Program-made: the position numbers and the translations under genes
Part shown: positions 11,845 through 26,300 of the stretch, piece after piece
Position numbering within the stretch: position 1 is the first letter of the stretch
Layout of the letters: the number at the start of each line of letters is the position of its first letter
The notes under the pieces: model-generated
Databases searched by the model: none
What the model was told of the DNA's origin: nothing
Seen by the model: only the letters and a program-made list of their open reading frames with translations
NCBI GenBank assembly: GCA_951406725.2
Contig: OX597823.1
Coordinates: 32,116,001-32,180,000, forward strand
Source: Octopus vulgaris
Taxonomy: Eukaryota
Reading direction: 5' to 3'
DNA length: 64,000 nucleotides

Positions 11845-13079
11845 GCATTAGACATTGAGCCACAAAGTCTGCAAGTTCAAACCTTACTAGTGGTGTAAAA
11901 TAACTTGTCAGTTTACATGACTGCAAACGGGTATCGCTTCAATGGAAGGTGAAAACAAACAGCTTCAGTAATTCCACAGAGCAGCCGTGATAAATAATGG
12001 AGTGAATTTGTTGGTCTCAGAGAAATCCAAAGTTATCATTTCACCAATGATTATGTTGTGTGATGAATTCTAAGACGGGTGGCATTTCAGTGAGTTTATT
12101 CTGTTCATTTGTGATAATAATTTAATTTTAGCACAAGGCCAGCAATTTTAGTAGGATTGGTTTTAGTCAACTTCATTGATTGCAGTACTTGATTGGTTCT
12201 TACTTCATCCCTGAAAGGATGAAGGCTAAGTCAACCATGGCAGCATTTGAACTCAAAATTCACACAGCCAAAAGACATGTCAAGTTTTTTGTCTAATATG
12301 CTAAAGATTCTGCCAGCTCGCCTTGATGGGTCTTCTCAAACATGACATTATGCCAAAGGTCTCGGTCATTGCCTCTGTGAGGCCCAACACTTGAAAGGAA
12401 CTCAGCCACTTTGGTTCTGTGAGGCCCAACGCTTGACAGGTCCTCTCAAGCATAGCACATTGCCAAAGGTCTCATTTGATATTTTGTTATATAATCACAA
12501 GGCCTGAAATTTTGGAAGAGGAAGGAGTCAGTTATATTGACCCCATTACATAACTGTTACTTTATTTCATCAACCCGAAAAAGATAAAAGGCAGAGATTA
12601 TAGTCAGGGTTGGAACTCAGAAACAGGAAAAATACTAAGAATTGTCTTATGCTCTGACAATTCTGCCACTCCTCTACTTTGTGGTAAGAAGATTGTATCC
12701 CAACCACATGGTTCCAGGTTCAGGTCCAGTGCATGACACCAAAGCCTTGTGAGTGGGTCTGGTTGATGGAAACTGAAAGAAGCTCATATATATATATGTA
12801 CACACACACACACACACGTGTCTTTGTGTTATTCCCCTCCATTGCTTGACAACCAGTATTGGTGTTTATGTTCCCATAACTTGGCAGTTTGGCAAAATAA
12901 ATTGATAGAATAAATATACCAGGCTTAAAAAATAAAAAGTTCATTCATTTCACTGAAAATTCTTCAAGCCAGTGCCCCAGCATGGCTGCAGTCTAATGAG
13001 TGAAGCAAGTAAAAGATATAAGAGCTGTGTTCCTCCATCTTGTGCTGTCCTCAGATCATGATTTTCAAGTAATTCATCT

Positions 13080-13900
13080 AAAGAAACCAAATAACAGTGA
13101 ATTCATATGATTTATTCATAGAATGAAACAAGAGGGGCTCTCCCTGTTGAGTGAAGTGGTAAGCCAGGAGTTGGGGTTATGTCTTGAAGTCATGGCTGTC
13201 AGCAGAGGAGAAAGAACTGAGTGTAGGGGGGGGAGGTGGAGTTTGGTGCAGGTAGGGTAGGATAGGAGAAGTTGAGACAGTGGTGTTTGTCTGTAGGTCT
13301 ATAGTGGATGGAGGTAGTAAGAGAAGAGTGGTAGATAGTGACAGGAATGTCAAGAAACTTGATGAAGATACTGGAGACAGATCAGGAGGATTTGAAGACG
13401 AGACAAAAGAGAGGAAGACATCAAGATATTAGCAGGCAAGTGAGGGCCAGTACCATAGTCAGTGTAATGAGCATATAGCTCGGGACTGGGACCAGTAAGC
13501 TGTGAGAATATTTGTGCGTCAATATAACCAATGAACAGGTTTGCATAGTTGGGGCCAATTCTCTTTCCCATGGCCTCGCCTGAGACTTGATAAAATTCAC
13601 CTGGAAATGAGAAGCAGTTAAGAACTGAGGAGGGTAGAGATGTTAGGTTGAGGATGAAGATCAAGAAAGTGTTTTAAAGGAATGAGGAGGGATGACAGTG
13701 TAGATGAATTTAGGTCAAGGATGAACAGGAGTCTAGAGGGGCCAGGAAGAAAGGAGAAAGAATTGAATTGACAAAGAGGCATGGTTGGTGTTGTGACTGT
13801 GAAAGGAGGGAAGCCACTAGGGGTGTGAGGACAAGGCTGAGACATTTGGAGTTGAGATTGGTGGGGGGGAAATATGGTGTAGCCAGGGTTGTTGGGTTCA
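13080..13900 (-). mobile_element. Degenerate Penelope-like element RT fragment
   Basis: LNCFSFPGEFYQVSGEAMGKRIGPNYANLFIGYID resembles the PLE RT Q..G.AMG...GP.YANLF motif; catalytic YIDD is decayed. Confidence 0.75.
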
Positions 13901-14128
13901 AGGATTTACATATATATATCTTTTCTATTACTTGTTTCAATCATTCGACTGTGGCTATGCTGGAGCACCACCTTTAGTCGAGCAAATTGACCCCAGGACT
14001 TATTCTTTGTAAGCCTAGTACTTATTCTATCGGCCTCTTTTGCCGAGCCACTAAGTTACGGGAACTTAAACACACCACCATCGGTTGTCAAGCGATGTTA
14101 GGGGACAAACACAGACACACAAACATAT

Positions 14129-15258
14129 CATCATCATCATTGTTCGACCGTGGTCGAGACAATGGAATTTACCATGTTGCGCCAGACTTCACGGTCCATC
14201 ATAGCATTACGGAGGTCCTGTTGCTGGATGCCTGTATCCCTGGAGATTACATCAGGGTAGGAGAGTGTGCGCCCTCTGGTGTTGCGAGTAGATGGCTTCC
14301 AGAGGAGAAGAGTAGAAATTACTTCTTTTTCAGCTCTACAACAATGTCCAGCAAACTGGACTCTCCTACCCTTCACAAGAGATGACACAGGTGGTAATTT
14401 CCCATATATTTGCATTTTAGTTGGATGGCGCCTCCACGAGAGATTTTGAGCTCTCATAAGGAGGCGAGTGTAGGTTCCATCCAACCGCCTCTCAAGCTTC
14501 TTTGATAACGTCCAGGTTTCTGAGCCATATAGTAGGATTGGTTCGACTGTGGCTTTGAATATTTCAAGTTTGAAGTCTCTACTTAGATTTGATGACCAGA
14601 TCTTATGCATGTCATTACAGGCTGACCAGGCCATACCCTTTCTAGTTAGAAAGTCTTTTCCAGATGATGATATGTATGACCCAAGATATTTATAATCAGA
14701 AACCATATTTAAAGGTGCACTGTTGAGAGTGTGGATGATGCAATCACTGTTGGACAGGCACTTGTTTATGTATTCAGTTTTGGTCTCATTAAGGTAAAGA
14801 CCTACACAATTTGAGGCTTGTTCAAGAGATTGTAAAAGAGACTGGGCATTGGAGAGAGAATCACTGATAAGAGCGATGTCGTCAGCAAAGTCAGTGTCTG
14901 TCAAGTACTCAGCTGGGTGTCTGGAACTTCTTCTTGGTTTTATTTCAAAGCCCTTGCCAGAGATGGTATCAACTGACATACGTAGCACATAATCAACAAC
15001 AATGATGAAAAGAAATGGGGCGAGTGTGTCTCCCTGCAGTATTCCGGCCTCGATCGAGAAAGATGATGTTTCTCCATCAGGGGTTAAGATGGTTGAAGAC
15101 GTATCTGTGTAGAGGACCTTGATGGCAGAAATAATTTTGTCTGGTATCCCATAGAGCTTAAGGATTTCAAACATCTTGCACCTATCCACAGAATCGAACG
15201 CTTTAGAAAAGTCTACAAATACCATTGCAAGATTGCGATTAAATGCTTTTGATTCTTC
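14129..15258 (-). mobile_element. 5'-truncated young non-LTR retrotransposon (RTE-like RT) inserted into a family B SINE
   Basis: About 370 uninterrupted codons with FVDFSKAFDSV, GILQGDTLAPFLF, FADDIAL, YKYLGS, LLYGSETW; (TGA)n tail; TSD AACATAT at 14122-14128 and 15259-15265. Confidence 0.92.
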
Positions 15259-15449
15259 AACATATATACGATGGGCTTCTTTCAGTTTCTGCCTACCAAA
15301 TCTACTCACAAGGCTTTGGTCAGCCCAAGGCTATAGTAGAAGACACTTGCCCAAGGTGCCACACAGTGAGAATGAATCCGGAACTATGTGGTTGGTAAGC
15401 AAGCTACTTACCACACAGCCACTCCTGTGCTTACATATATATATATAGT

Positions 15450-16095
15450 CATGTAACATCCTTTGTCTATGCTGGCATGGGTTGGAAGGGTTTGACCGGC
15501 GATGGCAAGCTGGAAGGCTGCACCAGACTGTCTGATTTGGCATGATTTTCTACGGCTGGATGCCCTTCCTAACACCAACCACTCCAAGACTGTAATGGGT
15601 ACTTTTACATGCCATCACCATGGGTGTCAATTTGTGTGATACCAGTATCTGTCACGACTGCGATTTTGTTCAGCTTGATGAGTCTTCTCCAATGCAACAT
15701 TATGCCAAAGGTCTTGGTCATTGCCTCTGTGAAGCCCAACATTCGAAAGGAACTTGGCTAGATGGATCTTCTCAAGCACAGCACATCGCCACAGGTCACG
15801 GTCACTAATCATTGCCTCTGTAGGCTCAAAGTTCAAAGCTCATGCTTCACCACTTCGTCCCATGTCTTTCTGGGTTTACTTCTACCACAGGTTCTCTCCA
15901 TAATTAGATTGGCACTTCTTTACACAGCTGTCCTTGTCCTTACACATCACATAACCATATCAGCGCAGTGGTCTCTCTTGCAACACCACATTTGATGCCT
16001 CTTACGCTTAACTTTTCTCTGAAGATGCTTACACTCTGTCAAACATGCACACTGACACTGCACATCAAGCGAAGCACTCTGGCTTCATTTCTTTC
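15450..16095 (-). mobile_element. RTE-type LINE 3' end (ORF tail plus 3' UTR)
   Basis: Reverse complement matches 49840-50750. Confidence 0.8.
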
Positions 16096-17125
16096 AAAAC
16101 CACAAACCCAACAACCCTGGGTTGAATAGATGTGTGTAAAAGGCAGTACCTCTAGATGTGTAGCAGTTCTGTTTCATATAGGAATAACATAAAAGCGAGC
16201 ACACAAGCAGTAAGATTGCAGGAGACAAAACAGGGATGCTTTATCACCTTGATTTATTGTCCAGCTTTTTATGAAGTAGAGGTATAAAAGAGAGAGAGAG
16301 AAAAGATATTTACATTAACAAACAATAAAATGACATTCAGTCGACACAAAGACTCACGCATGCACCTGCACAGTGATGCAACATTACAGAACAGAACCAA
16401 ATAATAAAATAAAATTAAATGCAGATAATCAGTTATAATGTAATAAAAATTTAGTATATTACATCTATCCTCATTTATTACTGACCTGGGATAACGACAC
16501 AATTGTGAACCATGTTCCACATACCATGAATTGATCTATAATAACATGGATCAGTGGTCAAAGATTCTGCTTGGATCACAAAAGCAAGCCCCAGCAACCA
16601 TACACAATGTTTGGGATAACTAGGGATCCCAGAACAAAACCTATTTTCCTCATGTTCTATTATTCATTAATCGCTGATTCATTTAACTTTATTTTTTTTA
16701 AACCGAAAACCTCTCATAAATGAGGATAAATATAAAATACGATATGATAAAATACATGGTTATTATAAATTCTGACCATCACTGACCACTGAAATTGTAA
16801 CTTGTATTTCATGACAGTTTCTGTGTTCTAAGGCAAAATGGAATATGACAAGTTACATTTTAAATGGGCATGATAGCCACTACTTCATTAAGTGCTTTCA
16901 CCAAATTGATACTTTGCCATTTGTGACCTCCCTGTTATTTTTTTAAAAACATGTTCTTCTCCAAGCTATAATTAGGCCTGGTATATGTGTGTGTGAGAGA
17001 AGTTTGTATGTTTGGGTTGTGTTTTTGTAATTAATGTCAGAATGTAACAAAGACGATGGAAGTGAGAAGAGTCTCTGTGTGAATTGACTTAAAAGGAGAG
17101 AGAAACGAGAAGCAGTTAAAATGTT

Positions 17126-17311
17126 TCAGGCAGATTGTTTCTTTCTTGACGATGATGATGATGATGATGATGATGAGTGGTCTTTACTGGTGTGTGAGGA
17201 CTTTTGACTCTGAGTGTGTCTGGTCACTGTTGACACGCCGTCAACAAATTTCGTCTTAAACAGGACATTGGCATTGTTAAACATTCCGTCTTTCAGAGAA
17301 ACCACAATGAA
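17126..17311 (-). CDS. SMC2: SMC2 exon 25 (last)
   Basis: [31 protein letters not shown]...S10RKKQSA*. Confidence 0.95.
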   Translation of the reverse strand, partial: FIVVSLKDGMFNNANVLFKTKFVDGVSTVTRHTQSQKSSHTSKDHSSSSSSSSSSRKKQSA

Positions 17312-20300
17312 CTGGAGAGAGAAAAAAAAAACACAAATACAGTGAGTGCCACAAAATCTCATTATCCTACACTTCTCTAAAGACAACTACAGGAGTGGGA
17401 GTTATGTATGAGTCTGTTTTAGTGTGACAGAATAAGTTGAAACTGGACAGTGGTGTGAGGGCTTTCATCCTCACCCAAGTCCATAGGAGGGCTAATTTAG
17501 CACATCATTGTATCAGATTTAGCCTTTCTCTGAAAAGGCATGAGCATCACATAGGATTTGAAGCCAACGTCTCAAGCTAACAAAAAACACTTCCAATTTA
17601 TAAACTGTATCCTTGCTATCTACACTAGCGAAATGTGCTTCAACATTCTTTCTAGTTAGAGTTCAGTGTGTTTTTATTTGCTAAAGATATCACTAAATAA
17701 TTCGTAAATTTAGGCACAATACTGTCAATTTTGATAAGAGGGTTGGACAATAGCACCAGGACATCATGGCATTTGATTTTATCAACCTCAGAAGAATGTA
17801 AGGCAAAGATGAGCTCAGCAAGATTGGAACTCAGAATGTAAAGAGCTGGAACACAACATACTAAATAATCATTAAAAAATGATTTCCAAGATAGGCACAA
17901 GGCTAGACATCATGATTAGGAGAGACTCTGAAGAGATCCTAATACAGGATTGAAATTAGTTGCTCCCCTGTGTCCAAGAAGATACTGTATATAGATGAGG
18001 TGTTCACAAACATCTTATGTGACTCTGCACAATGTTGGCTAAACACCTGTAGATATATTCTCCAGCAATGTAAAGCATTTTTCTGATTTTAGTTATGATT
18101 TTGAATAAAAATTGTAAATTGCAACTTCAAAATATTCATAATTGCTATCCACATAAAGGCCAAAATAGTCTTCTGAGACAGAACTAGTAATTAAACGGTT
18201 AATAGCAAGAACACGTGATTACCTGTGAATGTTTGAAGTGGTTTTTAATCATATGTCCAATGTTTTGGGTGTGAGACAAGTCAAGTGCAGCATCAACTTC
18301 ATCAAGAATATAAATAGGAGCTGGTTTAAATAACAGCATGGCCAATATCAGAGAAAGAGCAACCAGGGACCTATAAGGAAAAATAATAGCAAAAAATTAC
18401 ATTGGTCTCTAGTTAAAAGAAATGAACAAAGCAGATATAAAAGAGTACATAAGAAAATATAAAATGTGGGGATTAAGGAGGATCAACCCTTAAAAGCTGC
18501 AGGTTTTACTGTTTAACCTTTTAGTTATCATATTTCAGTTGAAATACTTTTGTTTCAATTAATGTTAAAAGTTACAAAGAATTTAGTAAAATAACTTGGG
18601 TCATTATTAACCTGGTGTAAGGAACCTAAATACAAAATTTTGCTGAAAAGTTTTAATTTAGATTACTTTAAAGCAGGACATTTCTATTATAGAACCAGTG
18701 GTGGTATCAGACAGGTTGCTGTTAAAAGGGTCAATACATATATTGACATATTCTGTTACTTGTCTCAGTCATTTGACTGCAGCCATGCTGGAGCACTGCC
18801 TTTAGTTGAACAAATCAACTCCAGAACTTATTCTTTGTAAGCCTAGTACTTATTCTATTGGTCTCTTTTGCCCAAAGTGCCATGCAGTGGGACTGAACTT
18901 GGAACCATGTGGTTAGGAAGCAAGCTTCTTACCACACAGCCACACCTGCGCCTATGTTAGCAAAAGATTTACAAAATCTATTAATAAACATTTTATGAAA
19001 GAGAAGTAGAATTGTTCAACTTACAGATCATATCTCCACATCTAATGGGTTCTTTTAAAATGTCAGAGAACTAGATGAGATTACAGCATTGATATATTGT
19101 ATTGATTTTTTAAAAAAGCCATTAAAGCTCTTAAAAATATATGTTAGAGAAAAGTTTCCATCATTTAATAGACAAGCTCGGTGCAGCCTTCTGGCTCAAC
19201 AGTCCTCAGGCAAACCATCCAACCCATGCCAGCATGGAAAGCGGACGTTAAACAACAATGATAATGATGAAAGTGAAACTAAAACACATGAAATCAGACA
19301 AGAATACGGTGAAGATGATCTAAATTTTGAAATTTGTTCATTTTTCCATCCATTTTTCAATCCTAGCATGGGTTAAACAAATGCATATTGTTGAAAGACT
19401 GCTTTACCGTTCTGCCTTTTAAGTAAGAGAGTTTACACTTCACTCACCACAAGTGTGTGTATGTACACATTACAGGCTTTGTAGTTTCTGTCTACCAGAT
19501 TCACTAACAAGACATTGGATGAAACAGGGCCACAGTAGAGAACATTTGCCCAAGGCATTGTGCAGTGAGATTGAACCCAGAACCACATGATTACTAAGCA
19601 AACTTCTTAACACCACAACCATTTGTGCCAACTTTGATCTACCAGATCAAAGGCTTCAAAGGCCTTTGAAATCAATTTTCATGTGTTGACATAAAGCTGT
19701 TAATATAGGTTTTAAGCAGGCCTGTGCTGCTTAGGGTAGGCAGTTGGTGACGTTTGTATAGTAAAACACAGGCGTGCGACTGAGTTGGAGACAGATTTAC
19801 TCCTGCCTTTATAGCACATAGAGAAAACGTTGTAGGAATGTACAAAGCATGTGTATCACAGTAGTTCTCTGTGTAGCTTTAATACCGGGATTGAAAAGCA
19901 GGGACGAATTATGCCAACCTAATCTACAAAAAATTAAAATATTTTGTATTTTACACATAATAATCAGTGTAACCTTCATGATTTTATTGAATTAGGTGCA
20001 TATTTTGCCATAAAAGGAAAATGTTACTATCAACCTATTTTATTCAGAGTAGGTACTGCCTGCCTTGCCTACCCAGGGGACACGTCCCTGGTTTTAAGTC
20101 ACACTCATTCTCAAACTTTTGTACAAACTCATATTGCCAATATACCATTGTACCCCTTTGAAGAGAAATATTGCAGAAACAAAGGAATAAAGCTTTTCTG
20201 TAAACATTCGCCATCAGTTTTTTACATTGTGTTGAGGACTCATGTCCTTTATTTCTGTCTTAGCCACCACATCTGTCATTGGGGAATAAGGGTACAAGAG

Positions 20301-23300
20301 CTGATGTTAAGAAACTTTACAACTAGACAAATCCAACACATAAGCTGACTACATTCGAGCATGGTTGATGCCAGTGTCGCCTGACTGGTCTCATGCCAGT
20401 GGCATGTAAAAAGCACCATTCGAGTATAGTTGATGCCAGTACTGTCTGACTGGCCCTTGTGCCGTTGGCACATAAAAAGCACCCACTACATGCTCCATGT
20501 TGACAGGAAGAGCATCCAGCTGTAGAAACATTGCCAAATCAGACTGGAGCCTGGTGCAGCCTGCTGGCTTGCCAGTCCTCAGTCAAACCGTCCAACCCAT
20601 GCCAGCATGGAAAGCAGACGTTAGACGATGATGAAGCTGACATAAAAATCTTACTGGGTACAATGTACACACACACACACACACAGGTATGGCTGTCTGG
20701 ATAAGTTTGCTTTCCAACTGCAAGGTTCCAGGTTCAGTCCTACGGTGTGTGGCACACTGAGCAAGTGTTTCCTATTAAAGCTGTAAGCCAACCAGAGTCT
20801 TGTGAGTGGATTTGGTGAGCAAAAACTGAAAGAAGCCTATCATGTGTGTCTTCATAGCACATGGTAGTTGTAAAGGAGTGTCACTAATACAGAAGTAGTG
20901 TTATTTGTTTCCAATCTTCTATGGAAACAATGTTTGGCCATGGGGAAATATTACCTTGCTTGGAGATAGATGAGTGTTGACAACAGGAAAGGCATCCAGC
21001 CATAAAAAAAAAAAATCTGCTTCAACAAATCTCATCTGACTGATACAAACATGGGAAAGTGGACATTATATTGATGATGATGGTGGTAGGAGTGAAACCT
21101 AGAAGTTTACCTCTGCCCTCCACTCAGTTCACCAAGCGATTCTTTCCAGACATCTCCAAATGCCACTTTCACCTCCAATCCATCAAGGACAGTCATTCCC
21201 TCTGGAGGACTTAGTTTAGCATCAGTACCAGGAAGCAGTGAGGAGAAAATGGAACCAAAATCCTAATGAAACAACAAAAAAGAATGGTAAAGGTTTAAAA
21301 CAAAAAAAAAAGAGTCTGGAACATAACACAAAAGCATTAGTAAAGAATAAATATTGGTCATGAGGAGGAAGGAGTAACATGCAATACAATGGTGCTTGGT
21401 CTTTTATAGTTCAGTGTCACCTTTCATCGAATGATGTAAAACAAATGCTTCACTTCATATGTTTAGTCCTTTAGCATTCTCACTACTCTCAAATATAATG
21501 CTTATTTATTCACATTGTTTTAAATTAATCATAAATTATGTTGTAGCTTTGAGATTTCAATGATGTGACTGTTTAATTTTAGAATGACAGAGGAGAATAG
21601 ATAAAAGTCTGGATTTGGGCATAAAAACAAGTAGAATATTTGGGTTGGGTATGGCTGGCTTAAATGCCATGTTTTATATATTTCTATAGACTGTTGCATT
21701 CTATGTTAAATTTTTAAGGAAATGCCTAAAGATCAGGACTCATATTGGACCTTGCTGCATCATCAGTCATATTTCTGCTCACTGTTAGCACAAGGCCCTG
21801 CTTTTATTTTAATCACACGAAACATGTTTTGGAAAATGCGTTCAAAATATAACTACTATAGCTTGTTTAAATTTTGTGTTTCTGAGAAAAATGACCAATC
21901 TTAAAAACCCAGTGCATTTGTGCAAGTTCACAATGCTCCTATGGGATGTCTAGCACCAAAGTTAAGATATACTGGTCTAATATATAGTCAGGCAGAAGTA
22001 CCAGGTTTTACCCAAAAAGGGGCCAAACTGTAAGTAAAAGATCTTGGTGGGTAAGTTGATAAATTTTATTCCAGGTCACAAATAATTTAATCAATGATAA
22101 AGGTCAGGGTAGTATAATTGAATTTACCCCCAATATAGGGTGAAAGTAGAGGCTTGCTTCACACAATACACAATTCCACTTTACCAAAACATTGAGGGCT
22201 ACACAATATGTCTTACCTTATTGACCTGCTCCCAGGCTTTCTTCAGGGCTGCCTTCTTCATTTCATCCAACTCAGCAATGACTTGGGCAATTTTCATCTT
22301 GTCATTCAAAACTATTTTCCTTTTCGCCATCAGATCGTTACACTAGGGAAATTAATCAGAACATTACACAGATTTAATGAAGTGCATTACAATTCTCTCT
22401 CGTTTTTGCTCTCTCTCTCTCTCACACACGCACACACACACAATGGCTGTTGATCTGAACAAAGAAAACTGTATTTCCATTGGTTTTTCAATTTGTTGAT
22501 AATATGTATAGGTTGCAACTTGCAGCAGAATTTGGTGCCCAGGGCAGATGTTGAGGAACTGTCAAGAGACTCATCAACTTTGGTTCAGTAGGTACAGATA
22601 TGGTTGAGTGGTTAAGAAGCTTTGTTTTGCAACCGTGTAGTTTCAGGTTCAGTCCCACTGTGGAATACCTTGGACAATCTAGCCTTGAGTAGATTTGATA
22701 GACAGAATGGTGTAAGTGCAGATGTTGAAATTATGTGTGTGGGAGTTTAAATTGTGTCATATACACAGCTCTGTAGATTAAGAGACAATATGAAACCTAA
22801 TGGTGTAAAGTTTAAACAACATAACAAATGAGTTAAGTTTGTCAAATTATTTACCTCTTCCTCTGCCTTTTCCAACATATTCATGGCCCTCATGTTGATG
22901 TTGTGACCCAACTTATCCTTAATTTCCTGTAACTTATGAATGCGTTGTTCAGCAGCCACAGGATCATTAACAGTGAAATCATAGGCTGTGTTTGGTTTGC
23001 CAAAGAACTTTTTCTCATCAACAATCCACTCATATTTTTTCAGCCAGTTTTCAACCTGATTAATAAAGACATTTACATAAACAGTTAATTATTGATGTTT
23101 ACATTGGGATAAACAAGAAATTATTTTTTCATAAGGAAAAACGAAACTTTGACATAGTAACAAAATACAGAGAAATAGCTATAGTGAAAATATATTGATT
23201 CTTGCTGTTCCCCAACCATTTGATGATTATCAGCAGAGACCAGTAAACAGTTAAATTAAGACCAGTGGCTCTTGTTAGACACATTGGTCTTGGAGTGTTT

Positions 23301-26300
23301 CTGGCAGATGAAACACATGTCCAGAATCCCTTGCACTAAGAAATCAAGTGTCTTATGAACATAAATCTCTCTCTATATAAACGGCAGTTTGTCTGTGTGT
23401 GTTTCTGTGTGTCTGTTTGGTTGTACCATCACCCTGACCACGGCTTTCAACCGATTCTGATGAAACTTGACACACACATAGCCCAATGTCATAATTCAAA
23501 ACTAACGCAGCGAAAATTTTGAAAAGTTCCCCCAGTTCTGAAAAAAATCGATAAATTCGACATGGGGTCGAGAATCAGAAACACAAACCAGACTGTCTAG
23601 GGGACGCAACTCGACCTATTTAACTCTCAAAAAAATTTACCATCATTTTTCCCCCCATTTTTTGGCTATAACTCTCTAAAAATGCTTTATAGTTATTTCC
23701 CTTACAAACCTGAGCAACGCCGGGCGATACTGCTAGTTCATCATAAAGAAGCTCTTCTATGATGAAACACACCAGCGACAACAATATTCACATCTGAATA
23801 TTAAAAATTAATATGCAAGTCATCATTGTAAATATATTCCTTGGCTGACCAAAGCCTCTCAAATGAAATTTGAAGACAGAAACTGATTGGAAGCCTGCCT
23901 CAGGAACTGTTATTGTTGTTGTGTTTGGTAATAGACTTGAATTCTCATTCAGTTAAACACCAACACACGACAACTGAACATGGTGAGTGGTAGACTTAAT
24001 ACAACTTGGTTTAACACCTGGTCTTTGGGGACCTGTTACAGGGTCCACTCTGTTGCATTTGGGCTAGATTTCCAGCTTGAGGCTTACTTACCTTCATCAT
24101 TCAGAGGCTCTGAAAATGGTTGTGGTTACAAGTTTTCCCAACTGCAAAGTTGATCCAAAATGGCTTCAACAAGGAGTTGAAACCAAAATTGTTGACTTGA
24201 TTTGTCATAAGTTTGCAGAAGTGTTGGATTATAAATATAGATAACATTATCAAGCATCCACAGTGATTATTGTGTATAACAGACACCACAGCATGTATTA
24301 CAGTAATGGAAGATACGTGAATATATCAAGATAATCAGATAGTAAGATAGATATACATTTGATGTCATAAATTACTCATACATTCTGGAGTGCACACTTA
24401 CCACACTAGATCCCATACAACAAACACTCACGTGTCGGGGTTTATTGTATACAGTATAACACGGCATCTGTGCACTCCAGTATGTTGAAGTACAACCGCC
24501 ATACTGTAGCCCATACAATAAGTCCCAACATACTGGAGTGCACAGCATGGTATTTCATTAGGGGCAAGGGGCTTCTGAAATCATATCAAATCATTTTGTG
24601 CCATTGATCTGCTCAACTGGAGCTGGCATAAGGCTAACAGGGGACTGTAATAGCAGCCAAATCCCTCCAAAATTATACCATGCCATTTTAAAAGATAAAA
24701 GAGGTATTTTAGATAGCATAATCCTAGATGGGTAGTAATGGCTTTAATGTCTTTGATCGTAGTTTTGCTTTTTTAGTGTCAACAGTTAACCTGGGGTGAA
24801 ACAACAACATAAAAAAAATGTTAAAACAACAACTTAACGATTTACCTGTGATGTTGTGTCTTTAGATTCCTTTTGCAACTTGCTACGCTTATGTTCCAAT
24901 TCCTGATTCTCCAAGTCAATTTTTTTGGCTTTCTCCTGAAAAGCTTTTAGACTTTTGGTAGCATTCCGGATCTCTGTGTTACAATCATTCAATAGCTCCT
25001 TCTGTTTGTTCACATTGTCCTGTGCCTCTTTTACAGTGGCCTGTCACAAACACAAAACAAAAAACATCTCAGTGTTAGTTCTGTTGATGGATACACATTC
25101 ATCATTGTATGGTACATGTAAATGTACATTGTGTGTGTGTGTACATACACACACACATTACTGTGCATGGGTATATAAGCATTAAAGCATGCATCTCAGT
25201 ATGTGTGTATATTGTAAAGTGGTTGGCATTTGGAAGGGCATCCAGCTGTAGAAACTATGCCAAAATTTATCTCACCTGTTCTGGTGCCATGTAAAAAGCA
25301 CTCAACCCAATCTGGAGGGGGGTTGGTGTTAGGAAGGGCATCCAGCCATAAAAACTGTGTTAAAACAGACTTAGAGGTAAGGTGCAATCTTCTGCTTGGC
25401 CAGCTCCTGTCAAACCGTCCAACCCATGCTAGCATGGAAGGCAGACTTTAAATGATGATGATGAGTATATACACATTAGAGTCTACATGTTGGGGTGTGT
25501 GTGTGTGAATGTATACAGGGTGTAGTTAGTGAGTGAGCATATGTATTCCTTTTCTTTCTCACTACCACCACCATTAGGGACAAAAAAAAAAAAAGGACCC
25601 CCTTTGGTCATGAATGACCATGAAGTTGTACCTAGAAAGTTCTCACAGGAGCAAGTCTGAGCAAAGTTGTTTATGGAAGACCAGCCACTGCCCATGCACA
25701 CCAGCCTTCCCTCTCCATGCCACCAATGTTGTCCAAGGGAAAGGCACCAGTCATGTTGCAAACTCATTTCTTCAGCTGAGTGAACTGGAGCAATGTGAAA
25801 TAAAGAGTCTTGCTCAAGAACACAACACACAGCTTGGTTCAGAAATCGAACTCACTATCTCATGATTGTGAGCCTAACACTCTAACCAGTGAGCCGGATG
25901 CTTTCACCACCATTAGCACCATCCAATTTAATAGAAAGGAATCTCAGTAATAATTTTCTCATTATATGAATTGTGATTGATACAACCATTGATACAAACA
26001 AGAGCAGAATTCATCATCATCTAATGTCAACTCTTCCATACTTGCATGGGTCAGATGGAATTTATTGAAGTAGATTTTCCATAGCCAAATGTCCTTCCTG
26101 TTATCAATCCTCACCTGTTTCAAAGCAAGCTAATATTTCCCCATGAACCAGAGATATTTTCTATGGATGACAGGAAACGAACAACATTGCTTGTACCACA
26201 TTGATGTTCATTCACAACCGCCTTATGATATCAATACAAGGGTACGCACAAACACATGTACAATGAGCTTCTTTCAGTTTCCATCTACCAAATCCACTCA

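Noticed and set aside
14137-15309. 390-aa ORF as a host gene or a TERT
   Set aside because: Motifs are those of a non-LTR retrotransposon RT; it has a TSD and tail, and the N-terminus is read from flanking SINE sequence.
16253-16693. SMC2 polyadenylation signal
   Set aside because: Several minus-strand AATAAA candidates (16253, 16474, 16688) in AT-rich DNA; cannot choose without transcript data.
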